Source of the DNA: an uncultured archaeon
Lineage (GTDB): Archaea; Thermoplasmatota; Penumbrarchaeia; JASLWR01
Length of the DNA stretch: 64,000 bases
Direction: 5' to 3'
NCBI GenBank assembly: GCA_964342815.1
Contig: CAYFHS010000007.1
Location: 1 to 64,000 of the forward strand
The notes under the pieces were generated by a model, which was not told the DNA's origin, searched no databases, and saw only the letters and a list, made by a program, of their open reading frames with translations. The translations under genes were made by a program, and so were the position numbers. Each line of letters begins with the position of its first letter. Position 1 is the first letter of the stretch. Shown here one piece after another: positions 37,634 through 48,004 of the stretch.

Positions 37634-38587
37634 TCAAACATAGCTGAAAGTGTCGTAACTGTCCGCTAAATTCTCTCGGTCCTGATCAGCCTTATGATAG
37701 GCCTCCACGAACTGGCCGCAGTTGCTGCCGATCTTGTTCTCCTCCTGCTCCCCAATGCTAAGAAGGGCGTCAAAACCCTTTTCCTTGATCCGTTCCAGAA
37801 TCCGTTCACCCTCCCCGGATTCTATGGGTTTACCAATGATTCCCGGGGCCAGGCTGTTTCGGTTTGCCATAAAGGTTGGATTCAAAGGGGTCATCTTGAT
37901 GAAGAACAGGTCCGGAGAGAAATTCTTTCTCAGGACTTTCGGGTCCAGTATGAAGTCCTTTGCGAGTATGAAGTTCAACGTTACCTTCTTGCCGCCTTTA
38001 TTGTGGAATCTATCAGCATAATCTGCGATCTGCAGAAATGTCATCTTTTTTATAGGGATTATCCTATCTCTTATCACGGGGTCGGTTGAATGTATGGAGA
38101 ACTGAAGCTGAAAGCTCGTCATGTAATGTCTCTTTTTTATATCCAATAATCCTTCGAAGAACTTATCCCTGCCAGCCGGTCCAACCGTTGAAAGCGAGGG
38201 AATAAAGCCGGGGGCGTCGTACTTTTTAGGGAACTCGTCCAAAACGGTAAGAACTTCGTCATTGAAAGCAGGCTCTCCCATTCTGGAAAACTGTATCTTG
38301 AACTTCGTCACCGGTATCCTGCTCCCTCCGAAGTGCCTCCCCACCACGTGGTCTATCTGAGCGAACATATCCCCCGCGTTGACCTTTCCCCGGTACGTGC
38401 CCCCTGCATCGCACATGATACATCCAACGGGACAACCAAGAAGAGTGGAAATGATCATCACCATCTTCTGATTCCGGTCGAATGGCGGTTGTAACGATTC
38501 CACGAACTCAATGTAATGACCTTGGTCCGTGCGGGCCAGATACACCGTTGCCAGGTCGTCCCTGCCGTAACGTTCGATAATATTCAT
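37634..38587 (-). CDS. RlmN/Cfr-like radical SAM protein, N-terminally short
   Basis: 'GCPVGCIMC' CxxxCxxC, 'RMGEPAFN', 'LQFSIHS', C-terminal 'NCGQ'. Confidence 0.85.
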   Translation of the reverse strand: MNIIERYGRDDLATVYLARTDQGHYIEFVESLQPPFDRNQKMVMIISTLLGCPVGCIMCDAGGTYRGKVNAGDMFAQIDHVVGRHFGGSRIPVTKFKIQFSRMGEPAFNDEVLTVLDEFPKKYDAPGFIPSLSTVGPAGRDKFFEGLLDIKKRHYMTSFQLQFSIHSTDPVIRDRIIPIKKMTFLQIADYADRFHNKGGKKVTLNFILAKDFILDPKVLRKNFSPDLFFIKMTPLNPTFMANRNSLAPGIIGKPIESGEGERILERIKEKGFDALLSIGEQEENKIGSNCGQFVEAYHKADQDRENLADSYDTFSYV

Positions 38588-38601
38588 TTAAACATCTTTT
38601 C

Positions 38602-39492
38602 CTATTCTTTTTCACCAAGATAGATGTCCATTGCAGTATGCATTCCGTCGCCGATGGATACTGAGGCTTGTCTCGTCAGACCTCGGATTACGTCTCCAGC
38701 GAAATACAGGCCTGAGATTTTTATTTTTCCATCAAAACATTTTCTGATGTCAGTTGAAAAGAAATCAGTTGACGGCACCCGACCTATCGCTACCAGAAGA
38801 AAATCAACCCGGATACTTTTTTTTGTTTTTCCCGGGGTCGTTATCAAATGCAGCAGCAAGCCCTCACCTTCCGGAACGATTTCAACAACTGACGTTGACA
38901 TCAGATATTCGATATTGTCGTTAACGGAAACCCGGTCCTGCAGCAGAGGAAGGCATTTGCTGCAAGTACCTCGGTTCAGGATCACCACGCGGTTTTTCCT
39001 CGCGAGGTTCAGCGCATAATCGAATGCAGAGTCTCCTGCACCTATCACTGCTATCTTTTTTTCTTCAACTTCCTTCAAGTGAACAACCTCATAGAACAAT
39101 AGATCCTCGGCCATTTCGGGGAACGGTCCCAATTTGAGCTTTCTTGGTTGGGTACCAGTCGCAATGATAAGATTCATTGAACAAACGGTTCCCGAAGATG
39201 CAGTGACCACCTCGAACAGTCCATCATTGTAATCCGCATTTATTACCTCATCCTTGAGAACATCCACATGAAGCCGGTCCAGCTGTCTTTTAAATAACTT
39301 TACCAGTTCCGTTCCGGAGACCCCATTGGGAAAACCAGGATAATTCTCTATCAGATGAGCGTTTCTCAGCAGTCCCCCGATCTCGTTCTTCTCCATCATC
39401 ACAAAATCGATACCGCATCTTTTCAACTGTATTGCAGCGGTGATTCCCCCCGGTCCCGCGCCTAATATGCAGGTATTTATAGTCTTTTTCAA
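38602..39492 (-). CDS. TrxB-like NAD(P)/FAD oxidoreductase lacking the redox CxxC
   Basis: 'GAGPGG', 'IENYPGF', 'IGAGDSAFD', 'FAGD'; the CxxC position reads 'FYEVVHL'. Confidence 0.85.
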   Translation of the reverse strand: MKKTINTCILGAGPGGITAAIQLKRCGIDFVMMEKNEIGGLLRNAHLIENYPGFPNGVSGTELVKLFKRQLDRLHVDVLKDEVINADYNDGLFEVVTASSGTVCSMNLIIATGTQPRKLKLGPFPEMAEDLLFYEVVHLKEVEEKKIAVIGAGDSAFDYALNLARKNRVVILNRGTCSKCLPLLQDRVSVNDNIEYLMSTSVVEIVPEGEGLLLHLITTPGKTKKSIRVDFLLVAIGRVPSTDFFSTDIRKCFDGKIKISGLYFAGDVIRGLTRQASVSIGDGMHTAMDIYLGEKE

Positions 39493-40142
39493 CGGAATGC
39501 CTCCATTAATCGACGCATGAGAGTAGGTACGGCAAAACCGTGTGAAAGATTCAAAAAAGCGGCCAGGTGAAACGCTTCGTTGTAGGTTGCCGTACCGTCC
39601 ATGGGGATAAAAACGTTGAAATTTCTATTAAAAGCACTCCTCGCCGTGGTCTCACAGCAGAGATGTGTCATCACTCCGCAGATTACAATTTCCTTAACTC
39701 CGTTTGTATAAAGGATATTTTCTAAATCGGTATGAAGAAATGCATCGTAGGTCGATTTTTCCAATATTATCCCGTGTCCGGTATCCAACGATGTAATTAT
39801 CTCACTTCTCTCATCGTCTCTTGCCGTGGAGTCTCCCCACCATTTCATCATTGTGTCCGGTGAGCCGTTCGATAAGTGTCTTGTAAATATCACAGGGCGC
39901 CCGAGCTTATAGTATAGTTCTATTAATCCGGAGATTCCGGGAATTATGGCAGGTGCCGACGGAACGAAAGCATGTGAACTCGCTTGTATAAAATAGTTCT
40001 GCATATCAATTACGAGAAGTGCGGAATCAACGGGAATAAATGAATAACGTTCGTGCGAAAGGTGGTAAATATCCTTTTTTTTTATCCAACTAACCGCTTT
40101 ATCCTCAATGTTATCGCGTGTAAAATATGCGGTTTTTTTCAT
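39489..40142 (-). CDS. Isochorismatase-family cysteine hydrolase
   Basis: 'LLVIDMQNYF', 'EKSTYDAF', 'GVMTHLCCETTAR' (Asp-Lys-Cys triad). Confidence 0.92.
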   Translation of the reverse strand: MKKTAYFTRDNIEDKAVSWIKKKDIYHLSHERYSFIPVDSALLVIDMQNYFIQASSHAFVPSAPAIIPGISGLIELYYKLGRPVIFTRHLSNGSPDTMMKWWGDSTARDDERSEIITSLDTGHGIILEKSTYDAFLHTDLENILYTNGVKEIVICGVMTHLCCETTARSAFNRNFNVFIPMDGTATYNEAFHLAAFLNLSHGFAVPTLMRRLMEAFR

Positions 40143-40537
40143 AATTTAGTGAAATATCAAGTACGTTATACATTTTACCGTTGAATTTATCAGGGCTATG
40201 CGTTTTTCGGGGGGTAGATTCGATGAATCGGACTAACCGTCTCCTTATGGGATACGGTAAGAATAGCTGGTGAAAATCCTTCCATTAATGCTGAAAATAT
40301 TTATACTTGTATTAATTGTAGGTAAAAGAGATGTTCCACAACATTTATATACTTGTAAAATTCACGTTCCAATTTTTTATTTATACACAATGGTGTTATA
40401 CTAAGCCTCAGAGACCATGCTTATCCGGCAAGGTATAATCGGAAAACAAATGATAAGGACCTAGCAAATCCTCAAGCAATTTCCATTTGTTTGTAAGGAG
40501 GAGATTAAAGGTCGATTAATAATTATGGAGGAATAAA

Positions 40538-40981
40538 ATGAACAGATTGGATATTGCCAAAAAGGTAAGAAGGAAGATACTTGCGCATATTAAGAACAAC
40601 CCTGGAAGACATTTCAGTGAGATATTGAGACGGTTGAAGTTATCGTCGGGTCGACTGACTTACCATATATTGAAGCTAGAAGAAGCTGAAAAGATATTTG
40701 CAAAATACGACGGATACTGGAAACGGTTTTACCCCATATCCGCGGTGGACGACGAAATACCCGAATCCCTCACACCCAAGCAGGCCGAGATACTTCGAAT
40801 AGTTGGTAAACATCCGGGATCGACCTATATGAAAATAGTTGACAGGTGTGGGAAAACCCGCCAGGCGATATATTATCATATGAAGAAACTCGTTGAAACG
40901 GGGAAGATAAGAATTGATGTTGTAAAGGGAAAACATTTTTTCTACGTCGAAAAATCGGGAGAAGGGTCCAATGGAAAATAA
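40538..40981 (+). CDS. Double winged-helix transcriptional regulator
   Basis: 'ILAHIKNNPGRHFSEI...L.YH...LE' plus a second HTH. Confidence 0.82.
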   Translation: MNRLDIAKKVRRKILAHIKNNPGRHFSEILRRLKLSSGRLTYHILKLEEAEKIFAKYDGYWKRFYPISAVDDEIPESLTPKQAEILRIVGKHPGSTYMKIVDRCGKTRQAIYYHMKKLVETGKIRIDVVKGKHFFYVEKSGEGSNGK

Positions 40982-41381
40982 AGGGATTTACAACAAAAAC
41001 CGATGCAACATATTCAATTTCATCATCGAAAATCCCGGAAAACATTTCAGCGATATAAAACGGCAATTGAACCTTACGAAACGTGGATTGGGCTATCACC
41101 TGGAGAAAATGGTAAAAGAGGGTTTGATAGCAGAGAAACCCCTGGGTATCTTCAAGTTCTATTACCCTGCCAGTATGGAACAACCCGCAACAAAACTGAC
41201 CCCTATGCAGCAGAGGATATTCGATATCATTAGTGAAGAACCATGTACCACCGATGAAATCGCGGATGTAATGGATAAATCCAAACGTTCGGTGGAATAT
41301 CATCTTGGAAATCTATCTCGACAGGGGTATATTGTAAAGAAGAAAGCCAAAAATAAGGGCTTTTACTGGCATGCGGAATAG
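40971..41381 (+). CDS. Double winged-helix transcriptional regulator, paralog of the upstream gene
   Basis: 'IFNFIIENPGKHFSDI...L.YHL'; same two-HTH layout. Confidence 0.82.
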   Translation: MENKGIYNKNRCNIFNFIIENPGKHFSDIKRQLNLTKRGLGYHLEKMVKEGLIAEKPLGIFKFYYPASMEQPATKLTPMQQRIFDIISEEPCTTDEIADVMDKSKRSVEYHLGNLSRQGYIVKKKAKNKGFYWHAE

Positions 41382-41521
41382 ATTAAATACCCATTAGTAT
41401 CCTGTGAGGGTAATCGTAATTTTCCGATTTATTCTGTTACTGCGGTTCATCGTGGGGAAGAATTTCATACCCCTCACAGTTTTTTCTGTTAGTTACCCCT
41501 GTTTGGAAGGTATGTGATATA

Positions 41522-43003
41522 TCAGGAAACTGCCTGTTTCAAACGATCGTACATAATGTCGGCGCTTCTCCATCGATCTTCCTTGCGTTTCTCGAGGGCC
41601 TTTAGGATAACGGTGTCCACTCTCGCAGTTACTTCGGGATTATATTTGGAAGGTGGGGGCACTTCCTCGTTTATTATATTTCCCATAATACCTACCGGGT
41701 CGTCGTCGAAGAACGGGTTATAATCCGTAAGCATCTCGTACCCAACGATTCCTATCTGAAATATATCTGTGCTCCAATCCACCATCCCGTACTTTTTCCT
41801 GCTGATCTGCTCGGGAGCGCTGTATGCAAGTGTTCCCTTTGCTCCCACGGTCTTCGAAGCTGAATCGGACGCCATCAGTTTTCCAATTCCCCAATCTGTC
41901 AGCTTGGGAATTCCTTCTCTGGTAAAAAGTATATTTTCCGGTTTAATATCCCGATGGACAGAGGCCATTCGGTGTGCGTAAGATATGGCATCTACCAATT
42001 GGATAAATATGCTCATTGCCTCCTGAGTTGACAACCTCCGGTCATCCATAAGCTCCTTCAGGCTGCCTCCTTCCATCAGCTCCATAACAATACTAGGGAT
42101 GGGATCCAGATTGTAATCATAAAAAAACACGATGTTCTTATGCTCCAGCTTGTTCCACATCTTCGCTTCCGATTCGAACTTATCGTAAATGGATGAATCC
42201 AGCGTTTGATCGATGAATTTAGGCATTTTTATTGCCACCTCGCGGCCGCTGTCATCAGTGGCCTTATATACTGTAGCAAAACCCCCGGAACCTAGCTTAT
42301 GGGTGATGGTGTAACCCGGAATGGTATTGGCAAGGGTGGGTGAAACACCTTTCGTGGGAGTTCTGGCCCTAACCTGGATATTTCGGATCATGGGGCCCGT
42401 TTGTCCGCCGACGGACGGGGGAGCCTGTCGGATATTGGGTCCACTTACGGAAGGCGGCGGGGTGCTTTTTTGGAGATCTTGTCGCGGAGGGCGGGGAACT
42501 GCGGTGCCGGAGGCCTGCATCGCCTGCATGTTCATCAACGCTCTTTGCTGAGCCTGTATCTGCTGCATTTGGGTCTTATATTTCCACTTATTTTCCTCTT
42601 CCTTCCAGTATTGGACCCACAATATCAATGCAATTAGACCGGGTGTGGCCAGAACCACATAGCCCGTCAGCCCTATCACCATGTTAAAAATGGCCGCGAA
42701 ATAGACGAATCCTTTGGATTTTCCCTTCAATGCTTTCACACCACCGATTATACCTACGATACCGGCGGCAAGGTAGATAAAACTAAAAACCAGGCAAAGC
42801 GTACCATATATACCCATGATGGAATCAGAGCTCTCTTCATCGCCATCGGATGGATATCCATATTCATCTTCATAATAATACTCATCATCGGTGGAACTGG
42901 TTCCAAGAAAGGCAATGCTAGAGATTAATATTCCTATAAAGGCAATGATGGCAATTGCGCCAGATACTATCAACAACACTCCAACCGCGGTATTTTTTCC
43001 CAT
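41522..43003 (-). CDS. Membrane-anchored Hanks-type Ser/Thr protein kinase
   Basis: 3-4 N-terminal TM segments; 'LGSGGFATVY', 'VAIK', 'HRDIKPENIL', 'DWG', 'GTLAYSAPEQ'. Confidence 0.93.
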   Translation of the reverse strand: MGKNTAVGVLLIVSGAIAIIAFIGILISSIAFLGTSSTDDEYYYEDEYGYPSDGDEESSDSIMGIYGTLCLVFSFIYLAAGIVGIIGGVKALKGKSKGFVYFAAIFNMVIGLTGYVVLATPGLIALILWVQYWKEEENKWKYKTQMQQIQAQQRALMNMQAMQASGTAVPRPPRQDLQKSTPPPSVSGPNIRQAPPSVGGQTGPMIRNIQVRARTPTKGVSPTLANTIPGYTITHKLGSGGFATVYKATDDSGREVAIKMPKFIDQTLDSSIYDKFESEAKMWNKLEHKNIVFFYDYNLDPIPSIVMELMEGGSLKELMDDRRLSTQEAMSIFIQLVDAISYAHRMASVHRDIKPENILFTREGIPKLTDWGIGKLMASDSASKTVGAKGTLAYSAPEQISRKKYGMVDWSTDIFQIGIVGYEMLTDYNPFFDDDPVGIMGNIINEEVPPPSKYNPEVTARVDTVILKALEKRKEDRWRSADIMYDRLKQAVS

Positions 43004-43278
43004 TTAATTCCCCTTTTTTCCTCATTAATTGTTGTTGATTTAAATATTTTAATATGATTAATTGTATCATTCTTCGATTTGTTTAATTGTCTGTTTTTCA
43101 CCGGGTCATTGTATTTTACTTTTTATATATATATTTATCTCGTGTAAAAACTTTACTTATCTGATATGAACCAAAGGCCATCTACCTAATTTTCAGCTAT
43201 TGCATCCTTGAAAAAGAAATATCGGTGGTAAAGAATTCTGGGATTTATTTAAATAATCATTAGACGTTCGCGAGAGCA

Positions 43279-44490
43279 ATGAAAGATTCGTCGCACAGTC
43301 CGGAAAACACATCATCCGACACCTCAAATAAAAAAGCGATTATATTCATATCATCCATAGCCGGTCTGCTGATTCTTTTCATTGTCCTGGTCTTCCTGTT
43401 TCCCAAAACGTTCTATGATGGTTTTCTATATAAGTATTACATAAAAAGCTTTCTCGAGGATGGAGCCTACAACAAGGTGGACACCACAACCTACGGTTTG
43501 ATGATCGCTGCGGCCATATTCGGAATATATAAAATGCTGGGTAAGCATAATATAAAGGTTGACCGCCGCGCCGTACTGGTGATCCTTCCGTGGATGTTCA
43601 TCGGGGGAAGCTACAGGGCGCTTGAGGACGCTGAATTCTTTCAAAAGCCGGTTATTTATCTGTTCCGCTCACCAATGATATATTTTACCATTACCATTAT
43701 CGTCATTCTTATCCTCATTTACTCACACTTGGTATATCTCTACTCCAGGAAGAAGAACTGGAAGAGCGGATTTATTCTTTCAGTGTCAATGCTGGTTTTC
43801 TTCGACTGTCTGTATCTTATCTACTATTATTCAACCGACAGGGGAATCTCATACCAGTTCACTCCGCTGTATCCTCTGATCATCTCGCTTCCCCTGGTCT
43901 ATCTTCTCTATATGGATTGCAGGCGGCGGGGATATGCCGATATGAAAACGAATATTCTCTCGTCCGGCCTCTATTTTTTAGCCCTTTCGATACTTCCCAT
44001 CGCCGTTTGGCCCGGGGTCGCTCCATGGAAAGCCCATTTCATTTCCGCAAGAACACTCAGCCCTCTGGCATGGGACTCCATCATATATGTATTTCTTATT
44101 GCCGCAGCTGCGACGTTGTTGCTCGCTTCTATATTCTTCCTTCTTAAACGGAAAAAAGAGAAGCTCGGCGTATTTACAAAACCACTCGCCGTGTTGATAA
44201 TATTCGGTCATTTTCTCGACGCCACGGCTACTGCGGTGGGCATCGAATACCACGGCTATATTGAAAAACACGTCGTTCCACATTTTATGATCGAACTGAC
44301 GGGAAATGCCTTCGTCATGTTTCTACTGAAGCTGCCTTTGGTCCTCCTTGTCATATTTGTCCTGGATATCTGGTATGCAAAGGAATTCCGTGATAATAAG
44401 AATCTGCTGAACCTTGTGAAAATGGGAATAATCATACTTGGGCTCGCTCCCGGCGTCAGAGATGCGCTGAGGATGGCCATGGGCGTCTGA
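43279..44490 (+). CDS. DUF63-family membrane protein
   Basis: 'YNKVDTTTYG', 'G...RALEDA', 'HFLDATAT..G...GY.EKH', 'LGLAPG.RD'. Confidence 0.88.
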   Translation: MKDSSHSPENTSSDTSNKKAIIFISSIAGLLILFIVLVFLFPKTFYDGFLYKYYIKSFLEDGAYNKVDTTTYGLMIAAAIFGIYKMLGKHNIKVDRRAVLVILPWMFIGGSYRALEDAEFFQKPVIYLFRSPMIYFTITIIVILILIYSHLVYLYSRKKNWKSGFILSVSMLVFFDCLYLIYYYSTDRGISYQFTPLYPLIISLPLVYLLYMDCRRRGYADMKTNILSSGLYFLALSILPIAVWPGVAPWKAHFISARTLSPLAWDSIIYVFLIAAAATLLLASIFFLLKRKKEKLGVFTKPLAVLIIFGHFLDATATAVGIEYHGYIEKHVVPHFMIELTGNAFVMFLLKLPLVLLVIFVLDIWYAKEFRDNKNLLNLVKMGIIILGLAPGVRDALRMAMGV

Positions 44491-44702
44491 ATTTTTTTCA
44501 GGTTTATTCTCCGTGAATATCTATATGAGCTTCAATTCCCCACTTCGAAATATCCACCGAATGTGCTTTCAGGAAATCTTCAATCGTCCATATCGACCCA
44601 GATAACCAGGGGATTTGTTCAACACAGTAGAGAGGTGAAAAAGTTTATAAATCAGAAATGTGAATTAAGTTCTGATAGGACGGATTGGAAAATTGAGGAA
44701 AA

Positions 44703-45449
44703 GTGGTTATTGTGAAATCGAAGATACTGAGCTTAATTCTGGTTATTATGTTACTCCTGATTTCATATTCCATGGGTTGTACCGATGATGAAAAGAAACC
44801 CAAAGTTTTTCCCGAACTGGAAGCTCCCGTGGCAGTGATCGATGCCAGCGCAACCAGGATAATCGAGAACGAGACTATTGTCTTCAACAGCTCCCGTTCA
44901 TACGATTCGGATGGTGAGATCACCACGTATATATGGGACTTCGGAGACGGTTTTGGGGAAACCACCAATTCAACGAACGTGTCCCACCAATATGAAAAGC
45001 TCAATTCGAATGGAGATCCCTACAATGTAACATTGACCGTAATAGACGATCATAGCCAGGATAATAAAACAAGTATAAATATTACTGTAATTCCCCTGAA
45101 GTATAGAGATAATAGAGAGGTTGGCCTGCTTTCAAGAGATAATCTCTTTATCCCAAGCGAATTTAATTTATCGTTCGAAAAACAACCCTTCGATGCAAAT
45201 TTTACGCTGAATCTCAGCCTGACCGGGGGTTCAGTGCCAATTGACATCAAGGCCGGCCTTTCTGTCACCATTATGGATCCGGAGAACCGACTGATCTATG
45301 GAAACGATTATAACATCACAGTATCAACGGACGATAGTATCTATCTTTCTCAAAAGGATTTCTCAAAAGCCGGTGAATACCACGTTTCCATGGTATGTAC
45401 GAAAGGCGGCGTTTATGTGGACTATGATTTGATCATCAATTATCTTTAA
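44703..45449 (+). CDS. PKD-domain lipoprotein-like secreted protein
   Basis: Lipobox-like 'SMGC'; 'FNSSRSYDSDG.I..Y.WDFGDG', 'Y.V.LTV.DD'. Confidence 0.85.
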   Translation: MVIVKSKILSLILVIMLLLISYSMGCTDDEKKPKVFPELEAPVAVIDASATRIIENETIVFNSSRSYDSDGEITTYIWDFGDGFGETTNSTNVSHQYEKLNSNGDPYNVTLTVIDDHSQDNKTSINITVIPLKYRDNREVGLLSRDNLFIPSEFNLSFEKQPFDANFTLNLSLTGGSVPIDIKAGLSVTIMDPENRLIYGNDYNITVSTDDSIYLSQKDFSKAGEYHVSMVCTKGGVYVDYDLIINYL

Positions 45450-45599
45450 GACCATTATTTCAGCATAAAGTCTTCTTCAATGAACTTTTGGGATATTTGG
45501 AACGAAGAGGATGCGTAATTTACCAATGAGAATATTCATGATTCTGGCTTCTATATCCATCTTTCTCATCACGGGGGCTTCTAGGGAGGAAGAATCGAA

Positions 45600-46610
45600 A
45601 TGATAAGGGATTTTCTTAAGACAATGCGGCTTCATCCGCCGTCCTGGTGGGGCGAGTATGCCGTGTTTTCCATCATAATTCCCTGTGCCCTGCTTTTCAA
45701 TGAAAACAATGTGTCCCTCGACATATCAAAACTGCTCCCGCTCCTCGGGGTTCTTTTTACCGGTTACAGTTCAACCTTCGTGCTTAATCATATTACAGAT
45801 GTGAAAGAGGACAGTTTCAAAAAAAACCGACCGCTGATGACGGATGCCGCGAAAAAGCGGACATGTATCCTGTTTTTATCCTTGATTGCCGCAGAAATTG
45901 TTATTGCGTTTATATTTTTCAATATCACTGCGCTTATCCTTCTTGGTATACTGCAATTGTTTTCCATTCTTTATTCGTGGGGGATCAGGTTCAAAGAGAG
46001 CATAGCAGGTCCGCTGATAGGTTCCACATTTTACTGGGGACCAATACCGCTGGTTGTGGTAGTGCTTGTGGGATCGAGTGGAGTCGGAATGTGGGAACAC
46101 TTCACCCCGGCCCTAATAGTTCACTTTACCGCCATGTTCTTTTTCGGGATCGAGAGAGAACTCTCACATAGTCTTTACGATTTTGATGTCGACCGGAAGG
46201 CCGGACTTTCCACTTTCGCACAGATCACCGGTCGTAGGGTAACAAAGATCGTCATTCGGGTCATGAAAGTCCTCTTTCTAATATTCATGGTGGTAATAGG
46301 CTGGACCATCTCTACTCCGGTTTGGGTGCTGGCTTTACTCTTCGTAATTATAGGTATTGCAGGTATCCTACCCGCAAGTTATTTCTTTTCCGTATTGGTC
46401 GTGGGACTATTAATTTCAGGAAAAACTGGTGTTGCTGAGATATTTCTCCTTTTCTGTATGATACCCATACTTTCAAGGATCATGACGCGGTGTACAGAAA
46501 AAATAAAAGCCGGGTTCTATCTGGGCAAGGCCGCCATACGACGGAAGTCGAACGATATCCATGCACAACATCGTGAATTAATTTTTACCCTCTTCGAAAG
46601 AATAAAATAA
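45600..46610 (+). CDS. UbiA-family prenyltransferase
   Basis: Asp-rich motifs 'NHITDVKED..KNRP' and 'YDFDVDRKAGL.T'; multiple TM segments. Confidence 0.8.
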   Translation: MIRDFLKTMRLHPPSWWGEYAVFSIIIPCALLFNENNVSLDISKLLPLLGVLFTGYSSTFVLNHITDVKEDSFKKNRPLMTDAAKKRTCILFLSLIAAEIVIAFIFFNITALILLGILQLFSILYSWGIRFKESIAGPLIGSTFYWGPIPLVVVVLVGSSGVGMWEHFTPALIVHFTAMFFFGIERELSHSLYDFDVDRKAGLSTFAQITGRRVTKIVIRVMKVLFLIFMVVIGWTISTPVWVLALLFVIIGIAGILPASYFFSVLVVGLLISGKTGVAEIFLLFCMIPILSRIMTRCTEKIKAGFYLGKAAIRRKSNDIHAQHRELIFTLFERIK

Positions 46611-46697
46611 AATGTCCTTTCAAACCGTGATGGAAAAAAAGAAAAAAAATGTTAAAATACATGCAAAACATATCCAATACATATTGGTGATGAGAAA

Positions 46698-47998
46698 ATG
46701 CAAAGATTGAATTATTACGAAATACTCGGCGTTTCCTCCGGTGCAGAGAAGAAGGAAATAAAGAAAGCTTACCGGAGAATGGCTGAGCTTCATCACCCTG
46801 ATAAATTGAATACAAACGATGTCAAGCTCATCGAACTTCAACCGAAGAAATGATATTGATCAACGAGGCTAAAGATATTCTTCTAGATGACCAGACACGC
46901 CGGAAATATGACCTGGAAATGCAAAATACAAGCTTTGTCTCCGGGCGTCAGGAAGAGGAAAATGCCCTTGTAAAGATGATCGTGCAGTCTCAGAACGTCC
47001 TTTCAAGCATTGGAGAATGCGGGGTGGATATCAAGGAAGCGGAGAAGTATTTCTTTCAGGCCAAATATGCCTTCCAAAACCGTTACTACAGGAATGGTCT
47101 CGAACTTCTTCAGTATGCGGTAAGATCGGCAAGAGACGCTCATTACCAGTTTGCAGTGAGAGAGATCCTTGCGCCACGGAACCGAATATTGGCGGTAGCC
47201 GAGGAAGGCTACAACGTTGATTTTGCAAAGAATATTCTGATCCAGGCAAAACCGGCCATTGAGGACGGGAACTACGAACAGGCAACGGAGTTTGCAAAAG
47301 CCGCTGTAAATGCAGCCAAAAAGATAAAAGAAACGGAAAAGGAGATAGTCCGGCAGGGCTACGTACCTCCAACAGAAGAGGAAGTATTTGCGGCCACGGC
47401 TGCTAAACCGAAAAGTATGAATGTAAGCTGGGAGGCTGCTGTTTCAGAAAAGGAATCGACGGATCGATCTTTCACAACCCCAAAGGATTACATCGATAAT
47501 TTGACCGAGAACGAATTCAATGAATTGAAGATACTAATGGCGGAGAAGGAGAACGAGATAAAGATGAAGAAGAGGCTCGAGCGGGATTTCATAAAGATAG
47601 AAATTGCGTCGAGATACAAGGATATAATGAAGAGGTTTCAGGAATACCAGCAGATGGAAGAGGAGACCATCCATGAGATCCTCGAACGGTACGAGGGGGG
47701 GAAGAAGGAGGAAATGGATTTCGATCTGGACCTGGACAACATGGAGTTCATCGACGACAAGGACATTCCCAAGGAGGATAAGGAAGTCATCGGGGCCGAA
47801 TGGGACGAAGCGGAGAAGACCAAGAAAAAGCTTGTCTACAAATCCGTACTAACGGAAGCATGGGCGGACGGCGTGGTAACCGAGGACGAGGAAGCCATGC
47901 TGGAACAGCTCAGAGCTTCATTGGACCTTCCCTTGGACGAACACCAGAAAATGGAAGAGGATATTATCAAAAAATTACTGCTGAACAATTATCTTTAA
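46698..47998 (+). pseudogene. J-domain (DnaJ-like) protein split by a 1-nt frameshift at about 46838 (real lesion or sequencing error)
   Basis: 46698-46853 encodes [12 protein letters not shown]...[16 protein letters not shown]; the second half of the J domain ('INEAKDILLD...RRKYD') continues in another frame from 46850. Confidence 0.75.
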
Positions 47999-48004
47999 TT
48001 CCGT

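Noticed and set aside
40299-40357. TATACTTGTA direct repeat in the divergent promoter region
   Set aside because: 10-bp AT-rich match in AT-rich DNA; could be chance or TATA elements.
41402-41479. 9-bp inverted repeat CTGTGAGGG/CCCTCACAG with a 60-nt spacer between convergent genes
   Set aside because: Single copy with no target-site duplication; at most a terminator-associated stem.
44500-44640. Short protein-like minus-strand frame (CVEQIPWLSGSIWTIEDFLK...)
   Set aside because: No start codon after the upstream TAA, and too short to support.
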